A stretch of 64,000 nucleotides of DNA from Promethearchaeota archaeon (GCA_016839745.1 JAEOTS010000045.1:1-64000); one strand, 5' to 3'. Numbered from the stretch's first letter, positions 10,629-21,013 are shown. Made by a program: numbers and translations. Notes: generated from the sequence alone by a model not told the origin.

Positions 10629-11174
10629 TTACTCATTTGTTTTCTTTTCCCAGTCTTCTCTTAGGATAGCCATTATTACTTCGTCGTAATACTTGCCATT
10701 ATGATACCTTGCTTGTCTTTTTCTTCCTTCTTCGACAAATCCAACTTTTTGATATGAGTTGTAAGCGCGAGTATTAAAATCCCAAACACTCAATTCGATC
10801 CTATTCATATTTAACGTGTTGAAACCGTACTCTACTAACATCTCCATTGCCTCTGTTCCGTATCCTTGATTTTGGTAATTTTTCTCTCCGATGGTAATAC
10901 CGCAAGTACACGCTCGATTTTTAGAGTCTATATTATGAATAGCACAATTTCCTATGATTTTCTCAGGGTCTTCTTGATCTAATAGAAATATTGAAAAATG
11001 AACCATATCTTCCTTGTGTTTGAGCACATCGAACCATTCTTCTTCCCAATCACGGGTTAATGGTTTATACATCAATAAATATTGCGTTATTTCGGGGTCG
11101 TTAAACCATTTTAAGAATATATCAATGTGTTTCCTATCAAGAGGAGCAAATTTAATTCGCTTTCCTTTTATCAT
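10629..11174 (-). CDS. GNAT N-acetyltransferase, RimJ/RimL family
   Basis: GITIGEKNYQNQGYGTEA, NxRAxxSYQKVGFVEEGRKR. Confidence 0.9.
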   Translation of the reverse strand: MIKGKRIKFAPLDRKHIDIFLKWFNDPEITQYLLMYKPLTRDWEEEWFDVLKHKEDMVHFSIFLLDQEDPEKIIGNCAIHNIDSKNRACTCGITIGEKNYQNQGYGTEAMEMLVEYGFNTLNMNRIELSVWDFNTRAYNSYQKVGFVEEGRKRQARYHNGKYYDEVIMAILREDWEKKTNE

Positions 11175-11245
11175 ACATATAAGAATTTCAACAAATATTA
11201 AAAAATTAACGATTAAAAACGGTAAGATACAAAATAAAAAGTAGG

Positions 11246-14107
11246 TTAGAAAAATATTCCTGATCTACGAGCGAAGTATTTAACGAGTTCAAAAGATACG
11301 ATACAGATAAGCGAAATTAAAAAGCAGACTAACCAATCCCAGCCCGTGAGAAACATAAATCTAAAATTTAAACCCCAATCAGCAAGCGTTACTTGAACTC
11401 CAGGAATATAGATCAGCGCAAGAAACACAGCAAATAAGAATCCTATTAGTAAATACATGAATCGAGTGCTATCTTCTTTAATACTTTTGATTAAAGATTT
11501 ATTTGGCCTCCTAATTTGCAGAATTAAAAAGGATTCGCAGAAGAATAATGTTACCATTAGCATCGTAAGTGTTTTAGCTTCGTTAAGAGTAATCCCACTT
11601 CCATCTGGGAAGGTTAAAGGTGAAAACAGGTAGCCTTCGTTTAAATCTCCAAAATTGATAACAGAAACTTCAGGACCCAAAAGCGTCGTAAAATACACGA
11701 CTATCATGCTTACAGCTAATAGAGCTCCAAAAATGAATAAAAGGGTTACGGTGTTTTTTGAAAGAATTTCCTCTTCGTCGTGAGGTTTTTGTTTCATAAC
11801 ATCCTTAGATGTCCTATCAAACGTGAGAATAAGACCCGGGAAAATGTGAAGAGTAATCGAAAGGAAAATCCACTGATAATAAAATGCTTCGTCCAAGAAG
11901 TAAGGGAGGTTCAAAATTACTGATAAGATGAATTGGACGATTCCCTCAAAGACATTAATACAGATATAGAAAAACACCACTGCTCTGATACGAGAAAATA
12001 TTCCGCGTCCTTGTTCTATCCCAGTAACGATTGAAGTAAAGGAATCGTCGCTTATAACCATATCAGAAGCTTCCTTGGATACATCAGTACCTTGAATGCC
12101 CATTGCTATGCCTGCATCCGCCATATTCAGAGCTAATGCATCGTTCACGCCATCACCTGTCATAGCGACTACCTGATTAGCGTCTTGATATTTTTCTATA
12201 ATATCTTGTTTATGTTCGGGTGATACTCTTGCAAAAACCTTAATTTTGCTAAAATCGAAGAAAGATTTAACATTCTTTATATCTTTTCCCTCTAAAACGA
12301 TTTCATCTTCACTTTTAATTATTGAGATTTGCTTAGCAATTGCACGAGCCGTTTTGACCGAATCTCCCGTAATCATTACAACATCTACTCCTGCATCGTG
12401 ACATTGTTCCACGCTTTGTTTTACACCTTCTCTGGGAGGATCTAATATCGTAACGAAACCAATATATATCATGTCAGATTCACATAAGTCTCTACTTTTA
12501 TCGTCTTCAGGAGGAATAATATCTAATTTTTTATAACACAAACTGAGAATTCTGAATCCTTGCTCAGCATAGATATCTTCAATTTTAATTATTTTATCTT
12601 TAATCTCATCATTTAGATCTAACTCTTGGTCTTTAAATATAACTTTTTTACACAAAGGCATCAGAATCTCGCTTGCACCTTTAGTAAAGGAGTAAAATTT
12701 CCCATCTCGTTTGTAGATTTTAGTCATTCTTTTTACTTTGGAATCGAATGGGTACTCCTTTACATATTCAAAATCTTCAAGGAGATAATCACCCATTCCT
12801 TTTTGAAAGAGGACCATTAAAGCTCCTTCTGTAGGAGAACCGATTACGTTCCAGTTTGGAATTACTTTTCCGGAAATTACAACTTCATTTTTTACTAATG
12901 CAGAATTATTGTTTAAAAATCCAGAGGTTAGTAACAACTTTAGTTGAGGAAAATCATCGATGTGTTTAACCATTACCGAATTCTTTGGATCATCGACTAA
13001 TATGATATCCCCTTCAGGGCTATACCCGCTTCCTGTTACTTTATAATTAGAACCATTTGTCCAAACATGTTGAATAGACATCTGGTTCTTAGTCAAAGTA
13101 CCTGTTTTATCCGAACACACTACGCTTACACGGCCTAAACTATCTACTGAGGCGATATTTCTAATAATTACACCATGATGAGCCATAGCTAAAACTCCGG
13201 TTAATAAAATAATTGTTACGAGGAGCGGGATATTAATAGGTAATAAATCTAGAGCTGATGTCAGACTTTTTACAACATCTATAACTCCGGTTGCCAACCA
13301 TACGATTAATATTATAAAGAACCAAAAACCTATAACGATTAATCCTAACCATTTGCCAAAATTGTTCATTTTTTTTCTAATGGGAATATCTGAAGTTCCA
13401 GCGTCTTCTAAACCTTGCGATATCTTACCTATTTCAGTATCCTTCCCCGTTTTTACAGCGATAGCTGTAGCATTACCAGTAGTGATGAAAGTCCCATAAA
13501 AGATCATATTATGTCGTTCAGCAATCGAGACATCTTTTTTTGTTAAACCAGCTCCTTCTAGGTTTTTTCTAACAGGTTCTGATTCACCAGTGAGACTAGA
13601 TTCATTAACTTCTAGGTTTGAACCTTGAACTATTCTCCCATCAGCGGGTACTCGATCACCCTGCTTTAACACTAATAAATCTCCAACTACAACACTTTTA
13701 GTTAAAATATCTGCTTTTTGTCCATTTCTAATAAGGGTAGTTGTAGGCGCAGTCATTTCACGCAGTGCGTTTAACTTTTTTGTTGCGCGATATTGTTGAA
13801 TAATAGCTACAAAACAATTAAGAGCCACTACACCTAGTGTTACAAGAATAAAGATGATATCTCCATTGCCGTTAAAAATAGCTGCGAGAAATAATATTAA
13901 AACCCCAGCTAAATATATAACGATAAGCCAATTAAATAAAGGAGCAAGGTATATTTTAATAAAACCTTTAGAAGCTTTAGGGATTTCGTTTAACCCGTAA
14001 AGTTCAAGCCGTTTTTGGGCTTCTTCATTCGTTAAACCACTAGACGAATTAGTTTCAAACTTTTTATAAATCTGATCTAATTCCATATTGTAATAAATCT
14101 CTTCCAT
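11246..14107 (-). CDS. P-type ATPase, P2-like backbone with non-canonical transport site (paralogue 1)
   Basis: TGES, CSDKTGTLT, KGASE, DPPR, MITGD, ARVSPEHK, MTGDGVNDA; ~10 TM; M4 reads LLPINIPLL instead of PEGL. Confidence 0.92.
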   Translation of the reverse strand: MEEIYYNMELDQIYKKFETNSSSGLTNEEAQKRLELYGLNEIPKASKGFIKIYLAPLFNWLIVIYLAGVLILFLAAIFNGNGDIIFILVTLGVVALNCFVAIIQQYRATKKLNALREMTAPTTTLIRNGQKADILTKSVVVGDLLVLKQGDRVPADGRIVQGSNLEVNESSLTGESEPVRKNLEGAGLTKKDVSIAERHNMIFYGTFITTGNATAIAVKTGKDTEIGKISQGLEDAGTSDIPIRKKMNNFGKWLGLIVIGFWFFIILIVWLATGVIDVVKSLTSALDLLPINIPLLVTIILLTGVLAMAHHGVIIRNIASVDSLGRVSVVCSDKTGTLTKNQMSIQHVWTNGSNYKVTGSGYSPEGDIILVDDPKNSVMVKHIDDFPQLKLLLTSGFLNNNSALVKNEVVISGKVIPNWNVIGSPTEGALMVLFQKGMGDYLLEDFEYVKEYPFDSKVKRMTKIYKRDGKFYSFTKGASEILMPLCKKVIFKDQELDLNDEIKDKIIKIEDIYAEQGFRILSLCYKKLDIIPPEDDKSRDLCESDMIYIGFVTILDPPREGVKQSVEQCHDAGVDVVMITGDSVKTARAIAKQISIIKSEDEIVLEGKDIKNVKSFFDFSKIKVFARVSPEHKQDIIEKYQDANQVVAMTGDGVNDALALNMADAGIAMGIQGTDVSKEASDMVISDDSFTSIVTGIEQGRGIFSRIRAVVFFYICINVFEGIVQFILSVILNLPYFLDEAFYYQWIFLSITLHIFPGLILTFDRTSKDVMKQKPHDEEEILSKNTVTLLFIFGALLAVSMIVVYFTTLLGPEVSVINFGDLNEGYLFSPLTFPDGSGITLNEAKTLTMLMVTLFFCESFLILQIRRPNKSLIKSIKEDSTRFMYLLIGFLFAVFLALIYIPGVQVTLADWGLNFRFMFLTGWDWLVCFLISLICIVSFELVKYFARRSGIFF

Positions 14108-14188
14108 GAGAAATTCTCCCGCGACTTTTGATGAATTAAGTGTTGTTATTAAAAAATATTTATAATAAATAGACTATAGAAATTCTTC

Positions 14189-14208
14189 TTTTTATTTTAT
14201 AGTATTTT
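14189..14208. repeat. 20-bp direct repeat, copy 1 (TTTTTATTTTATAGTATTTT)
   Basis: Exact second copy at 15105-15124, with weaker similarity extending on both sides. AT-rich, so significance is moderate. Confidence 0.65.
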
Positions 14209-14263
14209 GATTTAATAAAATTAGTAATTAAGAGTAAAACTAAAATTTAAAATATTATAAGAA

Positions 14264-14803
14264 TTAAATCCACTTTTCCTGTAATTCTTTACCCGTTATC
14301 TTACCGACTTGTTCAATAGCAAAAAGAACAAAATTTACACATTTATTTTCCCAAGCCCTATTTCTCACGTACTCTTTTAATTCTGTACCAGTATTGTACC
14401 CACATATTTCCTCACAGCTTAATGAGCCAAATTTTCTTTCAAATTTATTCGCAAACATTATCACTTTTGAATATAATTTAGAAACTTCAAATTTGACTAA
14501 TTTTTCTTTGCCTCCTGTGATAATTCCAATCGCAGTTATTGCTCCATACAGAGCACCACATGTACCTTTACTTCCATTTTTGCTAGTATAAGCAGCCATA
14601 GCACTGAATGGAATTGCGAGATTACAAAAGTATTGGTTCGTTAATTCTTCTCTATCGAGGACATCTAAAATGTTCATAAAAGTTAATGAAGCACAACTAT
14701 TTCCAGGATCTTTTCCTAATGGAGCAAGGTTCTCTTTTAAATACTCAATTTTATCTTTAAACTTTTGTTTAAAATCAATATGAACTAAGTTATTCGAACT
14801 CAT
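14264..14803 (-). CDS. C-GCAxxG-C-C family putative redox-active protein
   Basis: NSCA...GTCGALYGA...FERKFGSLSCEEI...KCVNFV spacing typical of the family. Confidence 0.8.
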   Translation of the reverse strand: MSSNNLVHIDFKQKFKDKIEYLKENLAPLGKDPGNSCASLTFMNILDVLDREELTNQYFCNLAIPFSAMAAYTSKNGSKGTCGALYGAITAIGIITGGKEKLVKFEVSKLYSKVIMFANKFERKFGSLSCEEICGYNTGTELKEYVRNRAWENKCVNFVLFAIEQVGKITGKELQEKWI

Positions 14804-14857
14804 GATTAATTTGTATTGGATTTTCTTCTATAAATATTTAACTTAATTGGTAGTATA

Positions 14858-15098
14858 TTAGAAAATAATTTGCTTAGATCTAGATAAACACTTGAAACTT
14901 TCGATTCCAATAAGCCCTAATAACGCAAATATAATACATATTAACCAATCTATTCCACCCAGGAACATAAAATTAATTTGAAGGTTTAAACCGAACACAT
15001 CGTTCACATAATAGTTTAAAGTTTGAGAGAACACAATATAGATAAAATGCAATGCCAATGTGAATAGGTTAATCAGGAATAGGGATGAACTGAATTCC
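14858..15098 (-). pseudogene. Remnant of the 3' end (M9-M10) of a P-type ATPase similar to 16903..19770
   Basis: LALHFIYIVFSQTLNYYVNDVFGLNLQINFMFLGGIDWLICI...KQIIF aligns with LALHVLYIMFSQTVNYYVNDEFGLDFQINFLFLSGSDWIICI...KNIIF; similarity stops near ctgaattcc at ~15090-15098. Confidence 0.85.
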
Positions 15099-15104
15099 TC
15101 TTTA

Positions 15105-15124
15105 TTTTTATTTTATAGTATTTT
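15105..15124. repeat. 20-bp direct repeat, copy 2
   Basis: Identical to 14189-14208. Confidence 0.65.
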
Positions 15125-15256
15125 AATTCGATAAATTTAGATATGAAAAATAAAATCAGTAATGGAATTATATCTATTTTTCCTCTACATGTCTTTTCTA
15201 GTTAATTGTTCTTATTATTCAGGCAACTAAAAAAAGCACTGATTAGTGGAAGAAAA

Positions 15257-16768
15257 TTATTTGTTTTTATTGATACAAACAATCCTTAATTTAACCGTTA
15301 TTAAACTAATCCCAATCAGTGCAATTAACATATAACCAGGAATAATAGGTGATTCTTCTACAGCCACTAGTTTGACAACCTGAACATCCTTACTTCCGAT
15401 TAATCCTGCGCTATTATTCGCATAGAATTTAATTGTTACTTCTTCATTCTCTTTTTTGTCCCATTCAATTTGGTCGATGGTTCCATTTAATCCACTTGCA
15501 GGAATATTTGTTATTCCATTATCTATAGTATACCAAATATCATTGTATGCCCCAGTTATGGATAAGTTATAATCTGGACTAGTTATTCCAAAAATCTGGT
15601 TCTCGGTAGGTGTGTTTATTGTAATTACAGGGGTACTGGTATTAATCACGATTACTTTGATATCATATGAGAATTGTGGAAAATCACCACTAAAAGCAAA
15701 CATAGGATTAAGAAATTCACTTACTGTCAAAGAAGGTGGAACAAAGAAATGAGCTCCTACATTCCAATGAAATCTCAAGATATCAATTTTATTAAAATAA
15801 TTTGAGCTAATATGCCATGTCGGATCACAAGCAATCCAACCTATATTTGGTACGTAATATTCCATCCATGCCTGCAACATCATTGTTGAACTGGAATCAT
15901 TAAAGGTAAATTGGTATATATCATTAATTTTTGGCTCGAATAAAGAATTATTTGAAATTAAAAATCCAGTAACTTTACGAGCAGGAATATTCTGAATTCT
16001 TAAGAGTGTAATCATCAAACTTGAATATTCACTACAATCCCCCTCTCTATTATTATATGCCCATAAGGCACCCTTTTCTTGAAACGGAAGATTTCCATTG
16101 TAAGTAAGATTATTTGAAACCCACTCAATAATTTTTCGAGCTTTCTCAATGGGATTATCATCATAACTAACGATGCTATTAGAAAGGTCTATTAAGGTCG
16201 GATCGTCTCTTTCATAATAGGGCTCTGAATTATTACAATATAAATCAAAAATTTCATCACTTGTATCGTAATCTCCTATATCCTCGTCATTAATATCTTG
16301 AAATTCTATTTTATTTAACTTAACTGTATATTTTTGATTAAAAGTAATTTCTTCGCCTGGTGAGAGGCTGGCATTAAATGAATCGTATGTATTATTAAAC
16401 TTATCATGATGTCCTGTATTAATCTCAGAAGGGTTATATCCACCGATATAATTATACAAAAGCTCACTTTCTTGATAAGGGGGGCAAAATTTTGTTAAAG
16501 GAGAGTCAGGAATACGATTATTTAATCTTGCAAATTTAAAATAATACTCACCAGGAGTATATGTGGGAGTTAACGAAAAATTAGTTTCAATCTGATAAGT
16601 AACAGTTTGAGAGATATTATATTTTGATACACCCATATTTGATTGGGATGAAAATTGAAAAGAGTATCTATCTTGAGCGTCAAAGTTGAATGGGAAAAAG
16701 ATACTTAATGGGATAAGAAAAGTTATAATGAAAAAGCCTATAAAAACGAAAATATTCTTATTTTTCAT
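15257..16768 (-). CDS. Secreted transglutaminase-like protein with Ig-like domain and IPGY tail; catalytic His appears replaced by Gln
   Basis: GDCSEYS (Cys), LQAWMEYY (HAW expected), GWIACDPT (Asp); WYTIDNG Ig unit; IIPGYMLIALIG tail. Confidence 0.82.
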   Translation of the reverse strand: MKNKNIFVFIGFFIITFLIPLSIFFPFNFDAQDRYSFQFSSQSNMGVSKYNISQTVTYQIETNFSLTPTYTPGEYYFKFARLNNRIPDSPLTKFCPPYQESELLYNYIGGYNPSEINTGHHDKFNNTYDSFNASLSPGEEITFNQKYTVKLNKIEFQDINDEDIGDYDTSDEIFDLYCNNSEPYYERDDPTLIDLSNSIVSYDDNPIEKARKIIEWVSNNLTYNGNLPFQEKGALWAYNNREGDCSEYSSLMITLLRIQNIPARKVTGFLISNNSLFEPKINDIYQFTFNDSSSTMMLQAWMEYYVPNIGWIACDPTWHISSNYFNKIDILRFHWNVGAHFFVPPSLTVSEFLNPMFAFSGDFPQFSYDIKVIVINTSTPVITINTPTENQIFGITSPDYNLSITGAYNDIWYTIDNGITNIPASGLNGTIDQIEWDKKENEEVTIKFYANNSAGLIGSKDVQVVKLVAVEESPIIPGYMLIALIGISLITVKLRIVCINKNK

Positions 16769-16902
16769 CTTAAATTTAATAAAATCTTTGTCTTTTTATT
16801 GGTATAAAATTATTATAAAAATATTATAAGAAAATATTTAAACTATTTTACTTTTTTTCGAGAGCTCAAGTGAAATGAGTTGATTTATTCATTCATTACG
16901 AT

Positions 16903-19770
16903 TTAAAAGATAATATTTTTTCTTCTCGCAATATATTTAAAAATCTCTATTCCAATTATTCCTGGTAATGCAAGCAAAATACATATAATCCAATCGGAAC
17001 CGCTCAAAAAGAGAAAATTAATTTGAAAGTCTAATCCAAACTCATCGTTTACATAATAATTTACTGTTTGGGAAAACATAATATAGAGTACATGCAAAGC
17101 AAGTGTAAAAAGACTAACCACGAATAAAGAGAGACTGAATTCCCTTCTAAAGCTTTTAAATAGACTTTTATTCGGTCGTCTAATACTCCAAATAAATGTA
17201 GTTTCCACGATATACAATGTTGTAATAAACATAGTTCTTGCCTTTTGGGAGAGTAATTCGTCAGGAGTCGAACCAATTGGCAAATAACTAATGTCTGGAT
17301 TAAGATTCCATTCGTTTAGTGGGAAAGCGCCTCCTAAGGTCAATTGAAGCACTAAAAATAAGCCAATTCCCATTAAAAATGCTTGTGTTAATAATAGAAT
17401 CCACATATTCCTATTTAATAACTGTGCCTTGTCTCTCGGAGGTTCCCTCATCACATCTTTAGGATGCTTATCAATTACTAAGGCTAAAGCTGGTAAAGAA
17501 TGAACAATTCCATAAATATAGATATGCTGCCATTCTGAACTAAATAACTGAAAAAAAGGAATAAATTCATAAGAGAAAAATATCACAGATTCCATTAAAT
17601 TTAAACAAATAAAAAAATATATGATTGTACGTATTCTTGCAAATAAACCGCGACCAATCTTTACACCTCTAACTATAGATGTGAAGTTATCATCACTCAC
17701 AACCATGTCCGCAGTTTCTTTGGCTACATCAGTACCTGTTATTCCCATGGCTATCCCAGCATTTGCTAATTTTAAAGCTAATGCATCATTAATACCGTCA
17801 CCGGTCATAGCACAGATGTGATCATCTGACTGATACCTTTTTACAATTACCTCCTTATCAGAAGGATTAACTCGTGCGAACACAGACACTCTCTCGAAAT
17901 CTTTATCGCTTAAATTATTAATTTCTGAGCCTTCTACCACTAGATCACCTTCCTTATAAATTCTCATTTGAGCTGCTATAGTTTTGGCTGTTGCAGGATG
18001 GTCCCCTGTAATCATTGATATTTTAATACCAGCGGATTCACTCTCCTCTACTGAAGCCCTCACTCCAGGTCTTGGAGGGTCTAGTATTGAAACATATCCT
18101 AAGAAAACAAGATTATTTTCGACTTCTTGTCTTTTAAAGTCTTGTTCTCCCTCGATTTTCTTATATCCAATAGCCAAAGTTCGATATCCTTGTTTCGCTC
18201 GGATTTGTATGCTGTCTGTTAAGAGCACCTTTAGTTTTTCAGTTAATTGTTCTTGTACACCATTTATTTCAATTTGAGTTGTTATATCTAAAAGCCTTTC
18301 TGGAGCTCCTTTCGAGAATGCTATAATTGTAGTATCATCGTCATTAAGTTTACAAACAGTTGTCATTCTTTTAAATTCAGAACTAAACGAAAATTCTTTT
18401 AAAGGTAAATATTTTTTTTTAATATCATACGGGATGTACCCTGCTTTTTCAGCTAACACTAATAATGAAGCTTCTGTTGGCGAGCCTAAAGCCTTTCTTA
18501 CGGGAATTTCCTTTGATTCTTTTAATCGAACCTTTACATCCTCATATACTAAATTTGCGTTATTATTTAATACGCTTGAATCAATGAACTTTATAAATGT
18601 AGAATTTTCCTTTAAGCTCACATTGTTTCCATTTTCGAGAATAATCCCATCAGGATCATAACCTGAACCCGTAACTTGGTATTCTTTATTATTTATCCAA
18701 AGATTTTCAACCGTCATTTCGTTCTTAGTAATTGTACCAGTCTTATCTGAACAAATTACGGATACGCGACCGAGAGATTCAATTGCAGATAAATTTTTTA
18801 TTATAACTCCACTTTGAGCCATGTTAAGAACACCTGTAACCAAAACGAGCGTTGTTAATAGAGGTAAATTAATAGGCATGATCCCCATTGATCTTAGAAT
18901 GGAAGATATTATCGCATCACGTATATTCACACCAAAAAATAAACCTTCTAATCCTAAAACAGAAAATTTATACACAATTAAGACGATTAAGTAAAGGATA
19001 ACAATAGTTCCAAGAATATAGCCTAACCTATTTAATTTTCTCGTTAGAGGAATATCCTCGATACTTCCCATCTCGTTCAGTTGATTTGAAATTTTTCCAA
19101 TCTCAGTATTAAGACCTGTTCCAGTGACTACTGCTTTCAATCTACCGGTATTTATGTAAGTCCCCATGAACACCATATTACTTTGGTTCTGAATAGATAA
19201 ACCTTTGTCTTTAATCTCTTTATCATTCTTTTCTACTGGTTCGCTCTCACCAGTAAGTGGAGCCTCGTCAATGGTTAGATTGACCAATTCAAGAATTCTA
19301 GCATCTGCACCGATTTTGTCGCCTTGTTCTAATAGAATAATATCTCCTGGAACCAGTTCTTTTGTAGGAATTTCAAATTGGATCCCATCTCGTAAGACGA
19401 CCGTTTTTAAAGCAGCAATTTGTCTTAAAGCTTCTAAAGCTTTTTGAGCTCTATACTGTTGAGTTATTACGGTAATTGAATTAATAATTACTACCGTAAA
19501 TGTTATGATTGTTGATGTTCTATCTCCGAGTAATATAACGATTCCTCCCGAAATTATTAAAATTATAATTAAAAAATTAAAAATAGGCGCGAGATATACT
19601 TTCCATAATGATTTTCTAATCTTTGGTAGTTCGTTGCATCCATATTTATGCTTTCTTTTTTCAATCTCGGAAGTACTCAAACCATTATTAATATCTGTTT
19701 GAAATGTAGTAATTAAACTTTCTATAGGTTGAAAATAAGCTATATCAGAAGGAGGCTGGGTTTGAATCAT
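16903..19770 (-). CDS. P-type ATPase, P2-like backbone with non-canonical transport site (paralogue 2)
   Basis: TGES, CSDKTGTIT, KGAPE, DPPR, MITGD, MTGDGINDA; M4 reads IMPINLPLL. Confidence 0.92.
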   Translation of the reverse strand: MIQTQPPSDIAYFQPIESLITTFQTDINNGLSTSEIEKRKHKYGCNELPKIRKSLWKVYLAPIFNFLIIILIISGGIVILLGDRTSTIITFTVVIINSITVITQQYRAQKALEALRQIAALKTVVLRDGIQFEIPTKELVPGDIILLEQGDKIGADARILELVNLTIDEAPLTGESEPVEKNDKEIKDKGLSIQNQSNMVFMGTYINTGRLKAVVTGTGLNTEIGKISNQLNEMGSIEDIPLTRKLNRLGYILGTIVILYLIVLIVYKFSVLGLEGLFFGVNIRDAIISSILRSMGIMPINLPLLTTLVLVTGVLNMAQSGVIIKNLSAIESLGRVSVICSDKTGTITKNEMTVENLWINNKEYQVTGSGYDPDGIILENGNNVSLKENSTFIKFIDSSVLNNNANLVYEDVKVRLKESKEIPVRKALGSPTEASLLVLAEKAGYIPYDIKKKYLPLKEFSFSSEFKRMTTVCKLNDDDTTIIAFSKGAPERLLDITTQIEINGVQEQLTEKLKVLLTDSIQIRAKQGYRTLAIGYKKIEGEQDFKRQEVENNLVFLGYVSILDPPRPGVRASVEESESAGIKISMITGDHPATAKTIAAQMRIYKEGDLVVEGSEINNLSDKDFERVSVFARVNPSDKEVIVKRYQSDDHICAMTGDGINDALALKLANAGIAMGITGTDVAKETADMVVSDDNFTSIVRGVKIGRGLFARIRTIIYFFICLNLMESVIFFSYEFIPFFQLFSSEWQHIYIYGIVHSLPALALVIDKHPKDVMREPPRDKAQLLNRNMWILLLTQAFLMGIGLFLVLQLTLGGAFPLNEWNLNPDISYLPIGSTPDELLSQKARTMFITTLYIVETTFIWSIRRPNKSLFKSFRREFSLSLFVVSLFTLALHVLYIMFSQTVNYYVNDEFGLDFQINFLFLSGSDWIICILLALPGIIGIEIFKYIARRKNIIF

Positions 19771-19875
19771 TTCAATATCTATTTCTAATTTAGATTACAT
19801 CAATTATGAAAGAATATTGATTTAAACATTTGTAATTATATATTCTTTTCTCTAATCCTTTGATAACTTATATAA

Positions 19876-20838
19876 TTAGGCATGAGATTCTTGTGGATCT
19901 CCCAAAATATCAACTAATACATGATATTTCTTTCTGATTGTTGTACTTGAAAATCTGCTAGTTTGTTCAACAATACTTTGAGTAAAAATTTTGCGATTAT
20001 CTAGCGTTTGTCCTATATAATAAATCAATCCGGCAGTGAATGCTTTGTAATTTAAGTTTAGAATTTTATCGTATGGAATTATGCTTAAAAGTTCATCTGC
20101 TAACAATTGCATTTCCATTTTTAATTTCGTGTATTCCTGTTCGTTCTGAAAATGTTGTTTTACTCTTTCATATTGGATAATGTTTAAATCTTTTTGAAAA
20201 AGAATTTTAACTTTGCTCTTTATTTCTTGCTCTAAGTTGATTGTGTTTTTATAACCCTTTATTCTTTTATCTGTTCGCTTAACTTTTAGCATGGCATTAT
20301 TAAGCATTTTCTTGTTTATTTTATGTCCCAGTTCTTTAGAAGTTTTTATGAAATCTTCAACTCTTACATTAGTTGTTTCCTTGATCTCCATCCAAATAAT
20401 CGCTAGGAAAATAATAACCATATTTTCGTAGGTTTGACGATGATACTTGTTATATCGTAGATATTTATCCTTAATTTCATTATATTTAGCGTTATCAATA
20501 CTTAATCCAATACCATTACCCTTCAACATGCTAATAGTTTTCTTCTGTTCAGTAAAGCTACTTTCAGAATCCCGAAACCATTTATTTAGAGTTTTTATCT
20601 GTTCATAACGTTTTCTTGTTTCTGGATCCTGAATTGCTTTAGAGTCGCTCATTCTTATTTTTCTCTCGTATTCTAATTGAGAATCAGAATAAAAATCTGG
20701 AGCAGGAGTTCTTTCAAAAGCAATTTGATCTGTCTCAATTAAGCCACAATCTTGACATACAAAGAAACCTCCTTCTTGTTTTACATTCTTATGCATACAT
20801 TCGGTATCTTCCGCGTAATCTTTCTTATTATCGTTCAA
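19876..20838 (-). CDS. Divergent TFIIB/TFB-like protein (Zn ribbon plus cyclin-fold repeats)
   Basis: N-terminal CMH...VCQDCGLI ribbon; C-terminal KAFTAGLIYY...TQSIVEQTSRFSSTTIRKKY resembles the TFB second repeat/HTH; TTG start. Confidence 0.7.
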   Translation of the reverse strand: MNDNKKDYAEDTECMHKNVKQEGGFFVCQDCGLIETDQIAFERTPAPDFYSDSQLEYERKIRMSDSKAIQDPETRKRYEQIKTLNKWFRDSESSFTEQKKTISMLKGNGIGLSIDNAKYNEIKDKYLRYNKYHRQTYENMVIIFLAIIWMEIKETTNVRVEDFIKTSKELGHKINKKMLNNAMLKVKRTDKRIKGYKNTINLEQEIKSKVKILFQKDLNIIQYERVKQHFQNEQEYTKLKMEMQLLADELLSIIPYDKILNLNYKAFTAGLIYYIGQTLDNRKIFTQSIVEQTSRFSSTTIRKKYHVLVDILGDPQESHA

Positions 20839-21013
20839 GAATTTATCAATTAATTGAGTATATTTACTTATTTTCGCTAATAGTTCAAAAAAAATATTAG
20901 TTTCTTATTTATAAATTTTTTATATAAAACCATCACATTAAATATAATATAAAAGATTCTAAAAAAAATATAGAATAATAATTTATTTTCTGAAAATAAC
21001 GAGTTGGTTAAGC

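Noticed and set aside
14264-14803. Selenoprotein candidate (family sometimes carries Sec)
   Set aside because: All motif positions are Cys codons; no in-frame TGA.
11246-19770. Calling the ATPases true P4 flippases
   Set aside because: A-domain motif is TGES rather than DGET, there is no M5 Lys, and no CDC50-like partner was recognised; only the M4 Ile is shared.
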